Shown here piece after piece: positions 9,516 through 18,680 of a DNA stretch of 32,000 nucleotides; position 1 is the stretch's first letter; each line of letters opens with the position of its first letter. The notes below the pieces were generated by a model. It was not told the origin of the DNA and searched no databases. It worked only from the letters and a program-made list of their open reading frames with translations. Location: assembly GCF_018379785.1 (NCBI RefSeq), contig NZ_JAGZUV010000003.1, positions 1,584 through 33,583 on the forward strand. The letters run 5' to 3'. This DNA comes from Desulfovibrio sp. GTDB taxonomy: Bacteria; Desulfobacterota; Desulfovibrionia; Desulfovibrionales; Desulfovibrionaceae. The position numbers were made by a program, and so were the translations under genes.

Positions 9516-9604
9516 TTTTTGCTGAAAACAGGAAGTAATTTCCTCACGTTTCGCAAAAAGACCGTGCTACACCTCCGTAAACACTATTTTACGGAGGTGT
9601 TTTT
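9516..9604 (+). promoter_or_regulatory. Structured RNA segment between int and alpA-like gene; possible terminator/SD-sequestering element
   Basis: Stem TTTTTGC/GCAAAAA (9516-9522/9553-9559) enclosing AGGAA/TTCCT (9530-9534/9540-9544). Then ACACCTCCGTAAA/TTTACGGAGGTGT (9569-9581/9588-9600), containing the GGAGG of the gene starting at 9605. Confidence 0.65.
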
Positions 9605-9820
9605 ATGTCTACAGTAATCCCTCATACTGGATTTATGCGGCTCTGGCAGGTGCTTGAAGTGGTTCCCATCAGTAAAAGCGCATGGTGGGAAGGCTGCAAG
9701 ACTGGCCGCTTTCCAAAACCCGTAAAACTTGGCCCCCGCACAACCGCATGGAAGGCCGAGGACATTGCCGCTCTGGTGAAGAAGTTGAGCGATCCCGAAT
9801 ACGCCGCCGAGGATAGATAG
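9605..9820 (+). CDS. AlpA-family regulator / putative excisionase
   Basis: MSTVIPHTGFMRLWQVLEVVPISKSAWWEGCKTGRFPKPVKLGPRTTAWKAEDIAAL, typical AlpA MerR-like winged helix. Confidence 0.85.
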   Translation: MSTVIPHTGFMRLWQVLEVVPISKSAWWEGCKTGRFPKPVKLGPRTTAWKAEDIAALVKKLSDPEYAAEDR

Positions 9821-9828
9821 GCCCCGCC

Positions 9829-10548
9829 GTGCGTTGGATTAAACATCCAAGCACTTTTTCGCGCCACGCCGCCATGCTGGAACTGAGGGACATACTCGGT
9901 CCGGCAGGGTACGGCGCGGCGTGGCTTTTGCTGGAACGCATAGCGGAAGCGTGGGACGGCAACGGGGAGCCGGAATTATGCCTTTCCTTGCAGGAATGGA
10001 AATATGTATGCGGTGTTTCAAGTCAGAAATTTCAAAAACTGATCGAAATTCTACAACAGCACACAATTATTCAGACAGAAAATGTGCGGTTCCGGCTACT
10101 GGTAAAAGCATCTATCCTTTTGCAATTACAAGATGAATGGACAAGGAGAGTGCGCCAAAACTCCAAAGTGACTCCTGAGCTGGTCGGGAGTCACTTTGGA
10201 GCACAGACAGAGACAGATAACAGAAGAAAAAAAGACAAAAATACACCGCCGGGAGCGAGTCTGTCCTACCAAGTGGCGGGCGTGTTTCGTCGGCATGGGA
10301 TCATGCCGGGGTCAGACAGGGCGCGGCATATTGTAAGCCACCTGGAGGACAGACAGCCGCAGAATCCGGGCGGTTATCTGGAAAGTATTCTGCAACGGAA
10401 ACCGGATTTTGATCCCATGCCCCAAGCCTATGAAGACGGCACAATAAACAACAGACAACAAGGGCCGACAGCTACCGGGGATATTTTGCGCCGCATGGGA
10501 ATGGTCCAGCCGCCGAGGACTGACAGCGGCGACCATGAAGACGGGTGA
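9829..10548 (+). CDS. Putative replication-associated DNA-binding protein (replisome-organizer-like N-terminus)
   Basis: MRWIKHPSTFSRHAAMLELRDILGPAGYGAAWLLLERIAEAW resembles Lin1244/Lin1753-like/DUF4373 N-terminal domains; GTG start. Confidence 0.5.
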   Translation: MRWIKHPSTFSRHAAMLELRDILGPAGYGAAWLLLERIAEAWDGNGEPELCLSLQEWKYVCGVSSQKFQKLIEILQQHTIIQTENVRFRLLVKASILLQLQDEWTRRVRQNSKVTPELVGSHFGAQTETDNRRKKDKNTPPGASLSYQVAGVFRRHGIMPGSDRARHIVSHLEDRQPQNPGGYLESILQRKPDFDPMPQAYEDGTINNRQQGPTATGDILRRMGMVQPPRTDSGDHEDG

Positions 10549-10750
10549 TTTCATTTCCCGGCCGCTTTTTCTGTTTTCACAGAATAATATTCCATGATGA
10601 TGCAAAGTACATCATTTGAACTCTTACTATAGTTATCATCACTCTCTAATATGCCGAATGAAACTGTCATATCGCATAATAAAAGAAGGGAAATTGCGCC
10701 GTTCCATATCTCACGGCATCTTTCCTTGTGCTATGCTGTATCCGCTTTGG

Positions 10751-10839
10751 AGGGCAGGACAAGGGAAGTAGGCCCACCTTGCGGCGGTTCTCTTCCCGTC
10801 CTGCCCTGCGGGGCTGTGCTTATTCGCCTTCGGCTCAAC
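10751..10839. other. oriT: oriT, IncP/RP4-like, with nic predicted on the minus strand between 10755 and 10754
   Basis: Reverse complement reads GGTGGGCCTACTTCCCTTGTCCTGCCCT, compared with RP4 nic region GGTGGGCCTACTTCACCTATCCTG|CCCGG. AGGGCAGGAC/GTCCTGCCCT inverted repeat (10751-10760/10798-10807) with GGGAAG/CTTCCC inner arms; TTATTCGCCTTCGGCTCAAC resembles RP4 TTATTCGCACCTGGCGGTGCTCAAC. Confidence 0.88.
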
Positions 10840-10860
10840 ACAAAACAAGGCAGAACTTCA

Positions 10861-11562
10861 ATGAAAAAAGGCATGGCGCTTTGCGCCGGGATTCTCCGTT
10901 TGCTTCTGGCGGTTTCTCCGGCCAGCGGCGCGGATGCGGCTTTGCCCCCGGATGAGGGCACCCATATCCCCGCCCGTCTGGTGGAATCCGTGGCCCGTCA
11001 GGAATCAAGCCTGAATCCGTGGGCTGTGAACGTGGCGGGACGTGATTTTTATCCGGTCAGTCGGGAGGAGGCAGAGCACATCATAACGGCGGCAGAACGG
11101 GCGGGCGCTTCCTATGACGTGGGGCTGATGCAGATCAACCGTTGGTGGATACGCCGCTACGGTATTTCTCCCGCGTCATTGTTGAACCCGGACATAAACA
11201 AGAAGTGGGGAACCTGGATACTGGCCCAGGAGATTGCCCGCCACGGCTACAATTGGCGGGCCGTGGGCAAATACCATTCACCGGACGCCGAACGCGGCAG
11301 GCGCTATGCGTGGCGCGTGTACCGTTATTATGCGTCCCGGTCGGAACCTGGTTCACCCACGGGCAAGGAGCGTTTTCATGCCGAGCAAAAAACTGGCGCT
11401 CAAAACCTATCTGACGCCGGAGGAATACGACGTTGTTCTGGCCAGCGCCCGCAAGGCCGGATTGTCTCTTTCGACGTTCAGCAAACGGGTATGCCTTGGC
11501 TTTTCCGTGCCAAGTCTGGAACACCAGGAAGCCCGGCTGGAACTCCGGCGCTTGAAAGGTGA
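10861..11562 (+). CDS. Lytic transglycosylase (TrbN-like), secreted
   Basis: Signal peptide MKKGMALCAGILRLLLAVSPASGADA; RLVESVARQESSLNPWAVNV...YDVGLMQINRWW. 3' end overlaps the next gene by 185 bp. Confidence 0.85.
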   Translation: MKKGMALCAGILRLLLAVSPASGADAALPPDEGTHIPARLVESVARQESSLNPWAVNVAGRDFYPVSREEAEHIITAAERAGASYDVGLMQINRWWIRRYGISPASLLNPDINKKWGTWILAQEIARHGYNWRAVGKYHSPDAERGRRYAWRVYRYYASRSEPGSPTGKERFHAEQKTGAQNLSDAGGIRRCSGQRPQGRIVSFDVQQTGMPWLFRAKSGTPGSPAGTPALER

Positions 11563-11698
11563 GCTGGCGCGGCTTGGCGGCCTGATTAAACAGGCGTTGG
11601 CCAGCGGCGCGGACAGGAGCACGGTTCACCGGCTTTTACATGAACTTGACGCCCGGCAGCGGGAACTGCAAGCGGCTATCGCCAGGATTGAAAGATGA
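11378..11698 (+). CDS. MobC/TraJ-like relaxosome accessory protein
   Basis: MPSKKLALKTYLTPEEYDVVLASARKAGLSLSTFSKRVCLG...LKGELARLGGLIKQAL; SD aaggag; adjacent to relaxase. Confidence 0.8.
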   Translation: MPSKKLALKTYLTPEEYDVVLASARKAGLSLSTFSKRVCLGFSVPSLEHQEARLELRRLKGELARLGGLIKQALASGADRSTVHRLLHELDARQRELQAAIARIER

Positions 11699-13332
11699 TC
11701 AGCCGACGCATCCCCATAAACCCGACGCATGATCGCTATCCCCGTCTTGCCGCGTACATTGCCGACGCTGGGCATGGTGGGGAAAAATGTCTTATGGCGT
11801 GGTGCGCGGGCTGTCTTGGCGGTGAAGATTACGCGGAAGGCGTCGCGGAAGTGGCGGATGTTCAAGATTGCAACACCCGCGCCCAGGGCGCGAAGACCTA
11901 TCACTTGCTTGTGAGCTTCCGGCCCGAAGACGAGACTCGACTTGCGCCCGAAGTCTTTCAGGACATAGAGCGGCGTTTTGCCGCCGCCTTGGGGTATGCC
12001 GAGCACCAACGGCATTGCGGCGTACATCGGGATACCGCCAATATCCATATGCACGTCGCCTACAATATGATCCATCCGGGCACGTACACCGTACACAAAG
12101 AGTTCCGCGATTACTGGATACGGGACAAGCTATGCCGGGAACTGGAACGTGAATACGGCCTGCATATTGACAACGGCCGGGAGCAACTCGGAAAGGACCG
12201 GATCAATGACAAAGCCGCCGCGATGGAAGCGCACAGCGGCCAGCAATCTTTCGTGTCCTATGCCAAGAGCCATGCGGAGGACCTGCAAGCGGCCCTTGCC
12301 GGAGCCGGAACATGGGAGGAAGTCCATGCCGCTTTTGCCCGTTACGGACTGGAAATCCGGCCCCGCGCCAATGGCCTGATTGTTCGGGACCGTCACAGCA
12401 AAAACGCTAACAGAGCGGCCAAGGCCAGCGACGTGGCCAAGGGGTTTTCCCTGAAAAAATTGCAAAGCCGGTTCGGGCCGTTCGTTCCGCCCCTGGCACC
12501 GGAACGCTTCACCGGGCAGGACCGCTATGAAGCCGCAACACTCTGCCGGGGACCGCACCGGGGAGAATTGTTCCAAGAGTACAAGCGGGGAATTGAAAAC
12601 CGCATAGCCTGTCTGCAAACGCTGAAAGAAAAGGAGGATGCGACTCTGGACGCCATCCGTCGCAAATGGGAAGTAAAGCGGAATGAGCTTGACCGGCTGA
12701 ACATCGCCAAGCGCAACCGGCGCAATCTGATCGCCATTGCCCGCAAACGCGAAGCCGAGGAAAAGGCGAACGCCCGGCTGTCGTTTCAGGAGCCCCGGCA
12801 GGAGGTTCGTCGGGAGATTCCCTATGCGTCATGGACCGCTTTTTTACAATGGAAGACGGAACAGGGCAACGAAACGGCTCTGTCCATGTTGCGTTCACAC
12901 GCAGGAGGGGCCGAGCCGGAAAGAGAACAGCGGCCCCCGGATGTTGCCTCCCTACGGGCGCAGTTTGCAACCAGGGAAAGGAACGCGCAAGAAGCGCCGG
13001 GCGTGAGCGGCAAAGGCAAGACGCGCCTGTTGGCCGCGCTGCGTATGGAACGGCTTGTAGCGGAGGAGCGCCAGCGGCATGGAGAAAACACCCCCTGCAT
13101 GTTCGACGGAATCACATGCCGGGTAGATGGAAAAGGCGTGGTGATTTTCACCATTCCCACCGGGGGCACCGTGCGCGATACGGGTAAGACGGTGCTGTTT
13201 TCCGCAGGGGACGCGACGGCGCGGGAAGCGGCAAAACGCTACGCTCAAAGCAAATGGGGGCTACGCATTGTCATGGAGGAAAACGGTTTTTCTCTCGGAA
13301 AAGAAAGAGCGCGGGAACGTGGCGGACGGTAA
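11695..13332 (+). CDS. traI: MOB-P type relaxase, TraI-like
   Basis: HRDTANIHMHVAYNMIHP (motif III), ATG overlapping the mobC-like stop; downstream of IncP-like oriT. Confidence 0.93.
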   Translation: MISRRIPINPTHDRYPRLAAYIADAGHGGEKCLMAWCAGCLGGEDYAEGVAEVADVQDCNTRAQGAKTYHLLVSFRPEDETRLAPEVFQDIERRFAAALGYAEHQRHCGVHRDTANIHMHVAYNMIHPGTYTVHKEFRDYWIRDKLCRELEREYGLHIDNGREQLGKDRINDKAAAMEAHSGQQSFVSYAKSHAEDLQAALAGAGTWEEVHAAFARYGLEIRPRANGLIVRDRHSKNANRAAKASDVAKGFSLKKLQSRFGPFVPPLAPERFTGQDRYEAATLCRGPHRGELFQEYKRGIENRIACLQTLKEKEDATLDAIRRKWEVKRNELDRLNIAKRNRRNLIAIARKREAEEKANARLSFQEPRQEVRREIPYASWTAFLQWKTEQGNETALSMLRSHAGGAEPEREQRPPDVASLRAQFATRERNAQEAPGVSGKGKTRLLAALRMERLVAEERQRHGENTPCMFDGITCRVDGKGVVIFTIPTGGTVRDTGKTVLFSAGDATAREAAKRYAQSKWGLRIVMEENGFSLGKERARERGGR

Positions 13333-13368
13333 GAAAACATCCGCCGAGTTCCCGCATAGAAAAGTCTC

Positions 13369-14073
13369 TCAGACTATGAATGGAGAGACGGCGAAATACA
13401 GACCGATGCCGATCACCAGCAGTCCGGCCAGCTTTCTCCCCCATTGAGTCGCAAGACGCATTCCTTTGGCTTCCACAAGCCGCTGACTCAGCGCCACGGA
13501 ACTTCCCGCCAGAACAATGGGCAGGCAATGCCCCAAAGCGAAAAACAGGATCAAGGCTATCCCTTCGACAACTCTCTGTTGTACGGTGATAATGGCCAGA
13601 ATGGGCGCGATGAAGCCGAATGTGCATGCCCCGGATAAAATGCCGTAGGAACCACCCAGGATAAAGGCCCCCCGATACCCCCGCATGGTGAATCCGCTCA
13701 GGGTCTTGCCCGGCAGGCGGCACTTGGCAACGCCCATGAGGTCTAGGCCGAGCCAGACCAGCAAGACCCCCACCGGCACCCCCCATAAGGGGGAAATATC
13801 CCCCAACATGCGGCCGAGCAACGAACAGATCACGCCCACCACGGCGATGGAGAGGAATAACCCCAGGCTGAACACGCCAGCATATCCCGCCGCTTCTCTC
13901 CCTTGAATCTCGTGCCCCTGGCCAGCCACGTAGCCCACCATGAGCGGGATGGAGGCCAGATGACACGGACTGAACAATACGCTGACCATACCCCATAGAA
14001 AGCAACCGAGAACCGCTAGCGCAAAGGTATCAGTCATCCACATATTGATGGTCAGTAAAAACTGGTTAAACAC
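13369..14073 (-). CDS. ccdA: CcdA/DsbD-type cytochrome c biogenesis (thiol-disulfide transport) membrane protein
   Basis: LFSPCHLASIPLMVGYVAG... SGACTFGFIAPILAIITVQQ...; polytopic; conserved Cys in both halves. Confidence 0.87.
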   Translation of the reverse strand: MFNQFLLTINMWMTDTFALAVLGCFLWGMVSVLFSPCHLASIPLMVGYVAGQGHEIQGREAAGYAGVFSLGLFLSIAVVGVICSLLGRMLGDISPLWGVPVGVLLVWLGLDLMGVAKCRLPGKTLSGFTMRGYRGAFILGGSYGILSGACTFGFIAPILAIITVQQRVVEGIALILFFALGHCLPIVLAGSSVALSQRLVEAKGMRLATQWGRKLAGLLVIGIGLYFAVSPFIV

Positions 14074-14157
14074 GTATTTGCCCCAGGTAAAGCGTGAGAG
14101 AATAAATATGGGAAAAGCAACTTGCGTAGCTTTTCCCTGTGTGCCTGCCTAAACAGT

Positions 14158-14523
14158 TTATTCTGCAAGCAGAGCATCAATTTTTGTTTTTATACTCGCC
14201 TCATCTAAGAAACCTGTATGGCGTTCCCGCTCATTTCCTTTTTTGTCATAGAAAATTTGTGTCGGTATGGCTTGTATCCCGTATTCAGATTTCATGTTTG
14301 TATTTTCCCAAACATCAACAAACAATATGGAGGCTTTGCCTTCATAGTATTTGCCGACTTTTTCCAGAACAGGAGCCATCATTTTGCATGGAACACAGCT
14401 TTTTGCCCCTAAATCAAGCATTGTCACCGTATTGGGAACAGGAATTTGTTCCGGCGCGGCATAGGCGGCGGAAAAAGACAACATGAGGACAAAAGTGGAA
14501 AACAACAGCGAACGCTTGAACAT
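14158..14523 (-). CDS. Exported thioredoxin-family protein
   Basis: Signal peptide MFKRSLLFSTFVLMLSFSAAYAA; KSCVPCKMMAPVLEKV (CxxC). Confidence 0.88.
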   Translation of the reverse strand: MFKRSLLFSTFVLMLSFSAAYAAPEQIPVPNTVTMLDLGAKSCVPCKMMAPVLEKVGKYYEGKASILFVDVWENTNMKSEYGIQAIPTQIFYDKKGNERERHTGFLDEASIKTKIDALLAE

Positions 14524-14580
14524 GGTTGCTCCTGATAAAGTGCTAGAGTGTTTTAAAAAGTTAGGGCAGAACAAAACCGG

Positions 14581-15024
14581 CTAGGCTTGTTCTGAAAATA
14601 ATTCAGGGTGGGCTTGGGGAAGGTTGCCCACAAAGTCGGCTATCTCATCACGTACTCGTCGGTAGTATGTCAAAGCCTCTTCCTCGGTTTTGGCGTTTTT
14701 CGCCAGTCTTGGCGGATCGTCAAATCCGTGATGCTCAATTTTTGCTCCACCGGGAAAATAAGGGCAATTTTCCGCCGCGTCTCCGCAGAGCGTAACGACC
14801 AGATCAAAATCGACGGGCGGCAAATCCAGGAGACTTTTGGGGAGGTACGTGGAAATCATTATCCCCTTTTCCGCCATAGCCTGTACGGCCAAGTAGTCCA
14901 CTTCACGGGCCGGAGCAGACCCCGCCGAGTGAACTTGCAATTGTGGCCACAGCTTCCGCGTCCAGCCTTCGGCCATTTGACTGCGACAGGAATTACCCGT
15001 GCAGAGGAAAAGAATTGTCTTCAT
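14581..15024 (-). CDS. arsC: Arsenate reductase (low-MW phosphatase-like family)
   Basis: MKTILFLCTGNSCRSQMAEGW...VVTLCGDAAENCPYFPG...HHGFDDPP. Confidence 0.95.
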   Translation of the reverse strand: MKTILFLCTGNSCRSQMAEGWTRKLWPQLQVHSAGSAPAREVDYLAVQAMAEKGIMISTYLPKSLLDLPPVDFDLVVTLCGDAAENCPYFPGGAKIEHHGFDDPPRLAKNAKTEEEALTYYRRVRDEIADFVGNLPQAHPELFSEQA

Positions 15025-15199
15025 GATGACTCCGTAGATAAAGTCTATTATTTGTTATTTGGCAATATAGCAATATATATGCCACTATAACATGCTTAAA
15101 ATATTATATTTATGTTTCACCCTTCTGTATCATTTTTAACCATCTCTGTGTCGGTTGGATGAAAATGATACAGAAGAGCATCGTGCAACTTCAAACAGG

Positions 15200-16045
15200 C
15201 TATGGTTTTTGCGCGGAAACGATGGCGCTGGTCATAACATCGTGGAGCGTCTTTTCCGGGGGAAGCGATTGACGGATTTTCGCGTACAGAGGATCGTCGC
15301 CCGATTCCATAGCTTCGATGTAGCCGGACTTCTTATCCAAAGAGATATGAATAAAGCCGCATTCCTTAAGAATGTTTTTCGTTTCTTCCAAGAGAATGGC
15401 CCCGGATATGCAACCGACCAGGGCCGCAACGGAATCCATCACGTTTTCCGAGAGTTCTTCCAGCAGCACAATATCAGATACGGAAACCTTGCCGCCGGAC
15501 CGCAACACACGGAAAATTTCCTTCCAGACTTGCGGCTTGTCGGGGGAAAGGTTGATTACGCAATTTGACAGAACCACATCCACGGAGTTGTCGGCCACCG
15601 GCAAATGTTCGATTTCACCCAAGCGAAACTCGACGTTATCAAGACCGGAATGTTCCCGATACCATACGCAGGCGTTCCGCGCCTTGTGAAGCATTTCCGC
15701 CGTCATATCCACGCCGATGACCCGGCCGGATTTCCCGACTCGCGGGCCTGCCTGAAACACATCGAAGCCGCCGCCCGATCCCAGGTCCAGAACCACGTCC
15801 CCTTCTTTCAGAGAGGCCAGGGCCAAGGGATTGCCGCAGGAAAGGCCCATATTGACGCCTTCCGGCAAGTCGTTAATGTCGTCTTCCGAATATCCCAGAC
15901 TTGCGGCCAAGGTTCCCGCATTGGCGCTTGAGCAACAGCCTTGCCCACTTCCACAACATGATTGCGTGGAACCCAAAGCGATACCGGCATAACCTTGGCG
16001 GACTTTCGCCCGCATTTCTTCTTTTTGGGTACTATCCATCGTCAT
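15200..16045 (-). CDS. arsM: Arsenite S-adenosylmethionine methyltransferase
   Basis: VRQGYAGIA...CCG...MGLSCGNPLALASLKEGDVVLDLGSGGGFDVFQAGPRVG...VVLSNCVINLSPDK. Confidence 0.95.
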   Translation of the reverse strand: MTMDSTQKEEMRAKVRQGYAGIALGSTQSCCGSGQGCCSSANAGTLAASLGYSEDDINDLPEGVNMGLSCGNPLALASLKEGDVVLDLGSGGGFDVFQAGPRVGKSGRVIGVDMTAEMLHKARNACVWYREHSGLDNVEFRLGEIEHLPVADNSVDVVLSNCVINLSPDKPQVWKEIFRVLRSGGKVSVSDIVLLEELSENVMDSVAALVGCISGAILLEETKNILKECGFIHISLDKKSGYIEAMESGDDPLYAKIRQSLPPEKTLHDVMTSAIVSAQKP

Positions 16046-16051
16046 TGCTTC

Positions 16052-17098
16052 CTATGACGCATACCAGCGTCTTTTGATCCATAAGGACACATTGACCAGC
16101 CCGATCAGCACCGGCACTTCCACCAGCGGGCCGATAACGGCCACAAACGCCTGCCCGGAGTTCAAGCCGAACACCGCGATAGCCACGGCAATGGCAAGCT
16201 CGAAATTGTTGGAAGCCGCTGTAAAAGAGAGTGTTGCCGACTGTTCGTAATTGGCTCCGGCCTTCCAGGAAAGATAAAAGGATAACAGAAACATGAAAAT
16301 GAAATACACGAGCAACGGAATGGCCACCCGGAGCACGTCAAACGGCAGTTGCACAATGTAATCCCCTTTGAGGGAGAACATCACCAGAATGGTGAACAGC
16401 AACGCGCGTAACGCCCACGGGCTGACGCGGGGGATAAAAATATTTTCGTACCAGTCCAGTCCCTTGACCTTAAGTCCATAAAGCCGGGAAAGAATCCCGC
16501 CCAGGAACGGAATGCCGAGATAAATAAAAACGCTCTCGGCTATCTGCCCCATGCTTATATCCACTACAGCGCCTGACATGCCGAGCCATCCGGGCAACAC
16601 TGTAATGAATACATAAGCGTACACAGAGAAGAACAGCACCTGAAAAATGGAATTGAACGCCACCAAACCGGCGCAGTATTCACGGTCCCCGCCCGCAAGG
16701 TCGTTCCAGATAATCACCATTGCTATGCAACGGGCCAGCCCGATGAGGATAAGCCCTATCATATATTCCTGATGACCGGAAAGAAACGTCACGGCCAGCA
16801 GAAACATAAGAGCGGGACCGATGATCCAGTTTTGCGTCAAAGACAGCAGAAGAATTTTTTTATTTCTGAAAACCTTGCCGAGTTCTTCATATTTCACCTT
16901 CGCCAAGGGCGGGTACATCATGACGATAAGCCCGATAGCGATAGGAATGTTTGTGGTGCCGACCTGGAAAAAGTTGATCACACTTCTGACGCCCGGCGCG
17001 GCCCATCCGAGCATCACACCTATAAACATGGCGAAAAATATCCACAGCGTCAGATAGCGATCCAGAAAAGATAACTTTTGTAAGGTGGATTGGCTCAT
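16052..17098 (-). CDS. acr3: Arsenite efflux permease ACR3 family
   Basis: [32 protein letters not shown]...[36 protein letters not shown].... Start set at 17098; track ORF begins further upstream. Confidence 0.95.
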   Translation of the reverse strand: MSQSTLQKLSFLDRYLTLWIFFAMFIGVMLGWAAPGVRSVINFFQVGTTNIPIAIGLIVMMYPPLAKVKYEELGKVFRNKKILLLSLTQNWIIGPALMFLLAVTFLSGHQEYMIGLILIGLARCIAMVIIWNDLAGGDREYCAGLVAFNSIFQVLFFSVYAYVFITVLPGWLGMSGAVVDISMGQIAESVFIYLGIPFLGGILSRLYGLKVKGLDWYENIFIPRVSPWALRALLFTILVMFSLKGDYIVQLPFDVLRVAIPLLVYFIFMFLLSFYLSWKAGANYEQSATLSFTAASNNFELAIAVAIAVFGLNSGQAFVAVIGPLVEVPVLIGLVNVSLWIKRRWYAS

Positions 17099-17147
17099 AC
17101 TCCCCTCCAATGGCAATAACGGGGCGGGTACACCGCCCCGTTCACGG

Positions 17148-17441
17148 TTAGCACTTGCCGCCGCAACAGCAGCCGGTGGAAGTCGAATGAGCGGAAGCAT
17201 GAGCGTCCGGCGTAGCGATCCAACCCATGACTTCGGACTTGGAAGGCACACGGCCAGTACACATGACGTTGTTGTCGATGACCACGGCGGGCGTGGACAT
17301 AACGCCGAGCGCCATCATTTCTTTCAGGTCCGTGACCTTTTCAACCGTGGCGGCACTTCCCGCATCCTGCACGGCGGCATTGACGACGTTTTCCGCTTCT
17401 TTGCACTTGGCGCAACCGGGACCGAGAACTTTGATCAACAT
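17148..17441 (-). CDS. Small thioredoxin-like (redox-active disulfide protein 2-type) with Cys-rich C-terminal tail
   Basis: [24 protein letters not shown]...; tail [10 protein letters not shown]. Confidence 0.88.
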   Translation of the reverse strand: MLIKVLGPGCAKCKEAENVVNAAVQDAGSAATVEKVTDLKEMMALGVMSTPAVVIDNNVMCTGRVPSKSEVMGWIATPDAHASAHSTSTGCCCGGKC

Positions 17442-17457
17442 GACGACCCTCTTTCGG

Positions 17458-18621
17458 CTAAAAGATTTGTGTTTGGAGGATATTGAACAGCCAGCCCACT
17501 ACCGTGAATATAACCAGCAACATGCCCAAGAAGAGGGCCAAAAGCTTCCAGCGCATGACCTGTTTGAGCATGAGCACTTCCGGCAGACTCGCCGCTACCG
17601 TGCTCATGCAGAAGGCCAGCGTCGTGCCCAGAGGCAGTCCCTTGAGCAGCAGGCTTTCCATAATCGGAATAATACCCGTGACATTGGTATACAGCGGAAT
17701 GCCGATAGCCACGGCCACCGGGACGGACCACCATTGACCGGCTCCCAGGTTTTCCGTGAACCATTCCTGCGGCACATAGCCATGAAGTAACGCGCCAAGG
17801 CCCACGCCGATGATGACCCACAGCCAGACCTTTTTGAAAATACTGCTCGTTTCAGAGTAGGCGAACGCATGGCGTTCCATGAGGCCCATCTTGGGAGCTT
17901 CGCCCGCTTCCACAGCGGCTTCTCTGGTGGACGCATTCTTCATGGCGTCCAGCAAAAAGGGTTGCAGCCAACGTTCCGCACGGAGCGCGTCCATGATGAT
18001 CCCGCCCACAATGCCCGCAAACATGCCCACCACCACATAAATGATCGTAAACTTCCAACCCAGCAGTCCCCACAGCAGGACCACGGCGATTTCATTGATT
18101 AACGGCGAGGTGATGAGAAAGGACATAGTTATGCCCAAGGGAATACGGGCCGTGGTGAACCCCAGGAACAAAGGAATGCTGGAACAGGAACAGAACGGCG
18201 TGATAGCCCCGAAGCCCGCGCCTAAAAAGTAGCCGATTCCCCGGCCTTTTCCCGCCAAATAGTCCCGGACCCGTTCAACGTGCATCGCGGCCCGCAGCCA
18301 GCCGATGACGTAAACCATAAGAACGAGCAACAAGAGAATCTTTGCCGTGTCATAGAAAAAGAACTCGACGGAATCCCCCAATGGAGTGCCTTTGTCGATG
18401 GAAAAAAGATCATAGGTCAGCCATTGCGAAAGCGGCACAATGACGGAATAGACCGCACTCCACAGCACCAGAGCAGCAATGCCGATCCCGAAATATCGCG
18501 TCTTGTTCACTTGCGACGGGATGGAAGGGGATTGCGGCGCTTCGGACTTTTGACAAGCGCACTGAACCGAGGGAGGTAAAACCTGTTTTTCTTCTGGTAC
18601 GCCCGCACAGCATTTTGACAT
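17458..18621 (-). CDS. DUF318-family permease, ArsP-like, with Cys-rich N-terminus
   Basis: MSKCCAGVPEEKQVLPPSVQCACQK...GAGFGAITPFCSCSSIPLFLGFTTARIPLGITMSFLITSPLINE...NVTGIIPIMESLLLKGLPLGTTLAFCMSTVAASLPE. Confidence 0.85.
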   Translation of the reverse strand: MSKCCAGVPEEKQVLPPSVQCACQKSEAPQSPSIPSQVNKTRYFGIGIAALVLWSAVYSVIVPLSQWLTYDLFSIDKGTPLGDSVEFFFYDTAKILLLLVLMVYVIGWLRAAMHVERVRDYLAGKGRGIGYFLGAGFGAITPFCSCSSIPLFLGFTTARIPLGITMSFLITSPLINEIAVVLLWGLLGWKFTIIYVVVGMFAGIVGGIIMDALRAERWLQPFLLDAMKNASTREAAVEAGEAPKMGLMERHAFAYSETSSIFKKVWLWVIIGVGLGALLHGYVPQEWFTENLGAGQWWSVPVAVAIGIPLYTNVTGIIPIMESLLLKGLPLGTTLAFCMSTVAASLPEVLMLKQVMRWKLLALFLGMLLVIFTVVGWLFNILQTQIF

Positions 18622-18645
18622 CTTGCTAGCCTCTTAAATTTTCTT

Positions 18646-18665
18646 TATTGGCAAAATTGCCAATA
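18646..18665. promoter_or_regulatory. Candidate regulator-binding inverted repeat between arsR and permease gene
   Basis: TATTGGCAA-AA-TTGCCAATA, perfect 9-bp arms. Confidence 0.5.
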
Positions 18666-18680
18666 TTACGAGTAAAAAAA

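Noticed and set aside
15155-15568. 137-aa plus-strand ORF in the arsC-arsM region
   Set aside because: Antisense to the 3' part of arsM; no supporting motifs.
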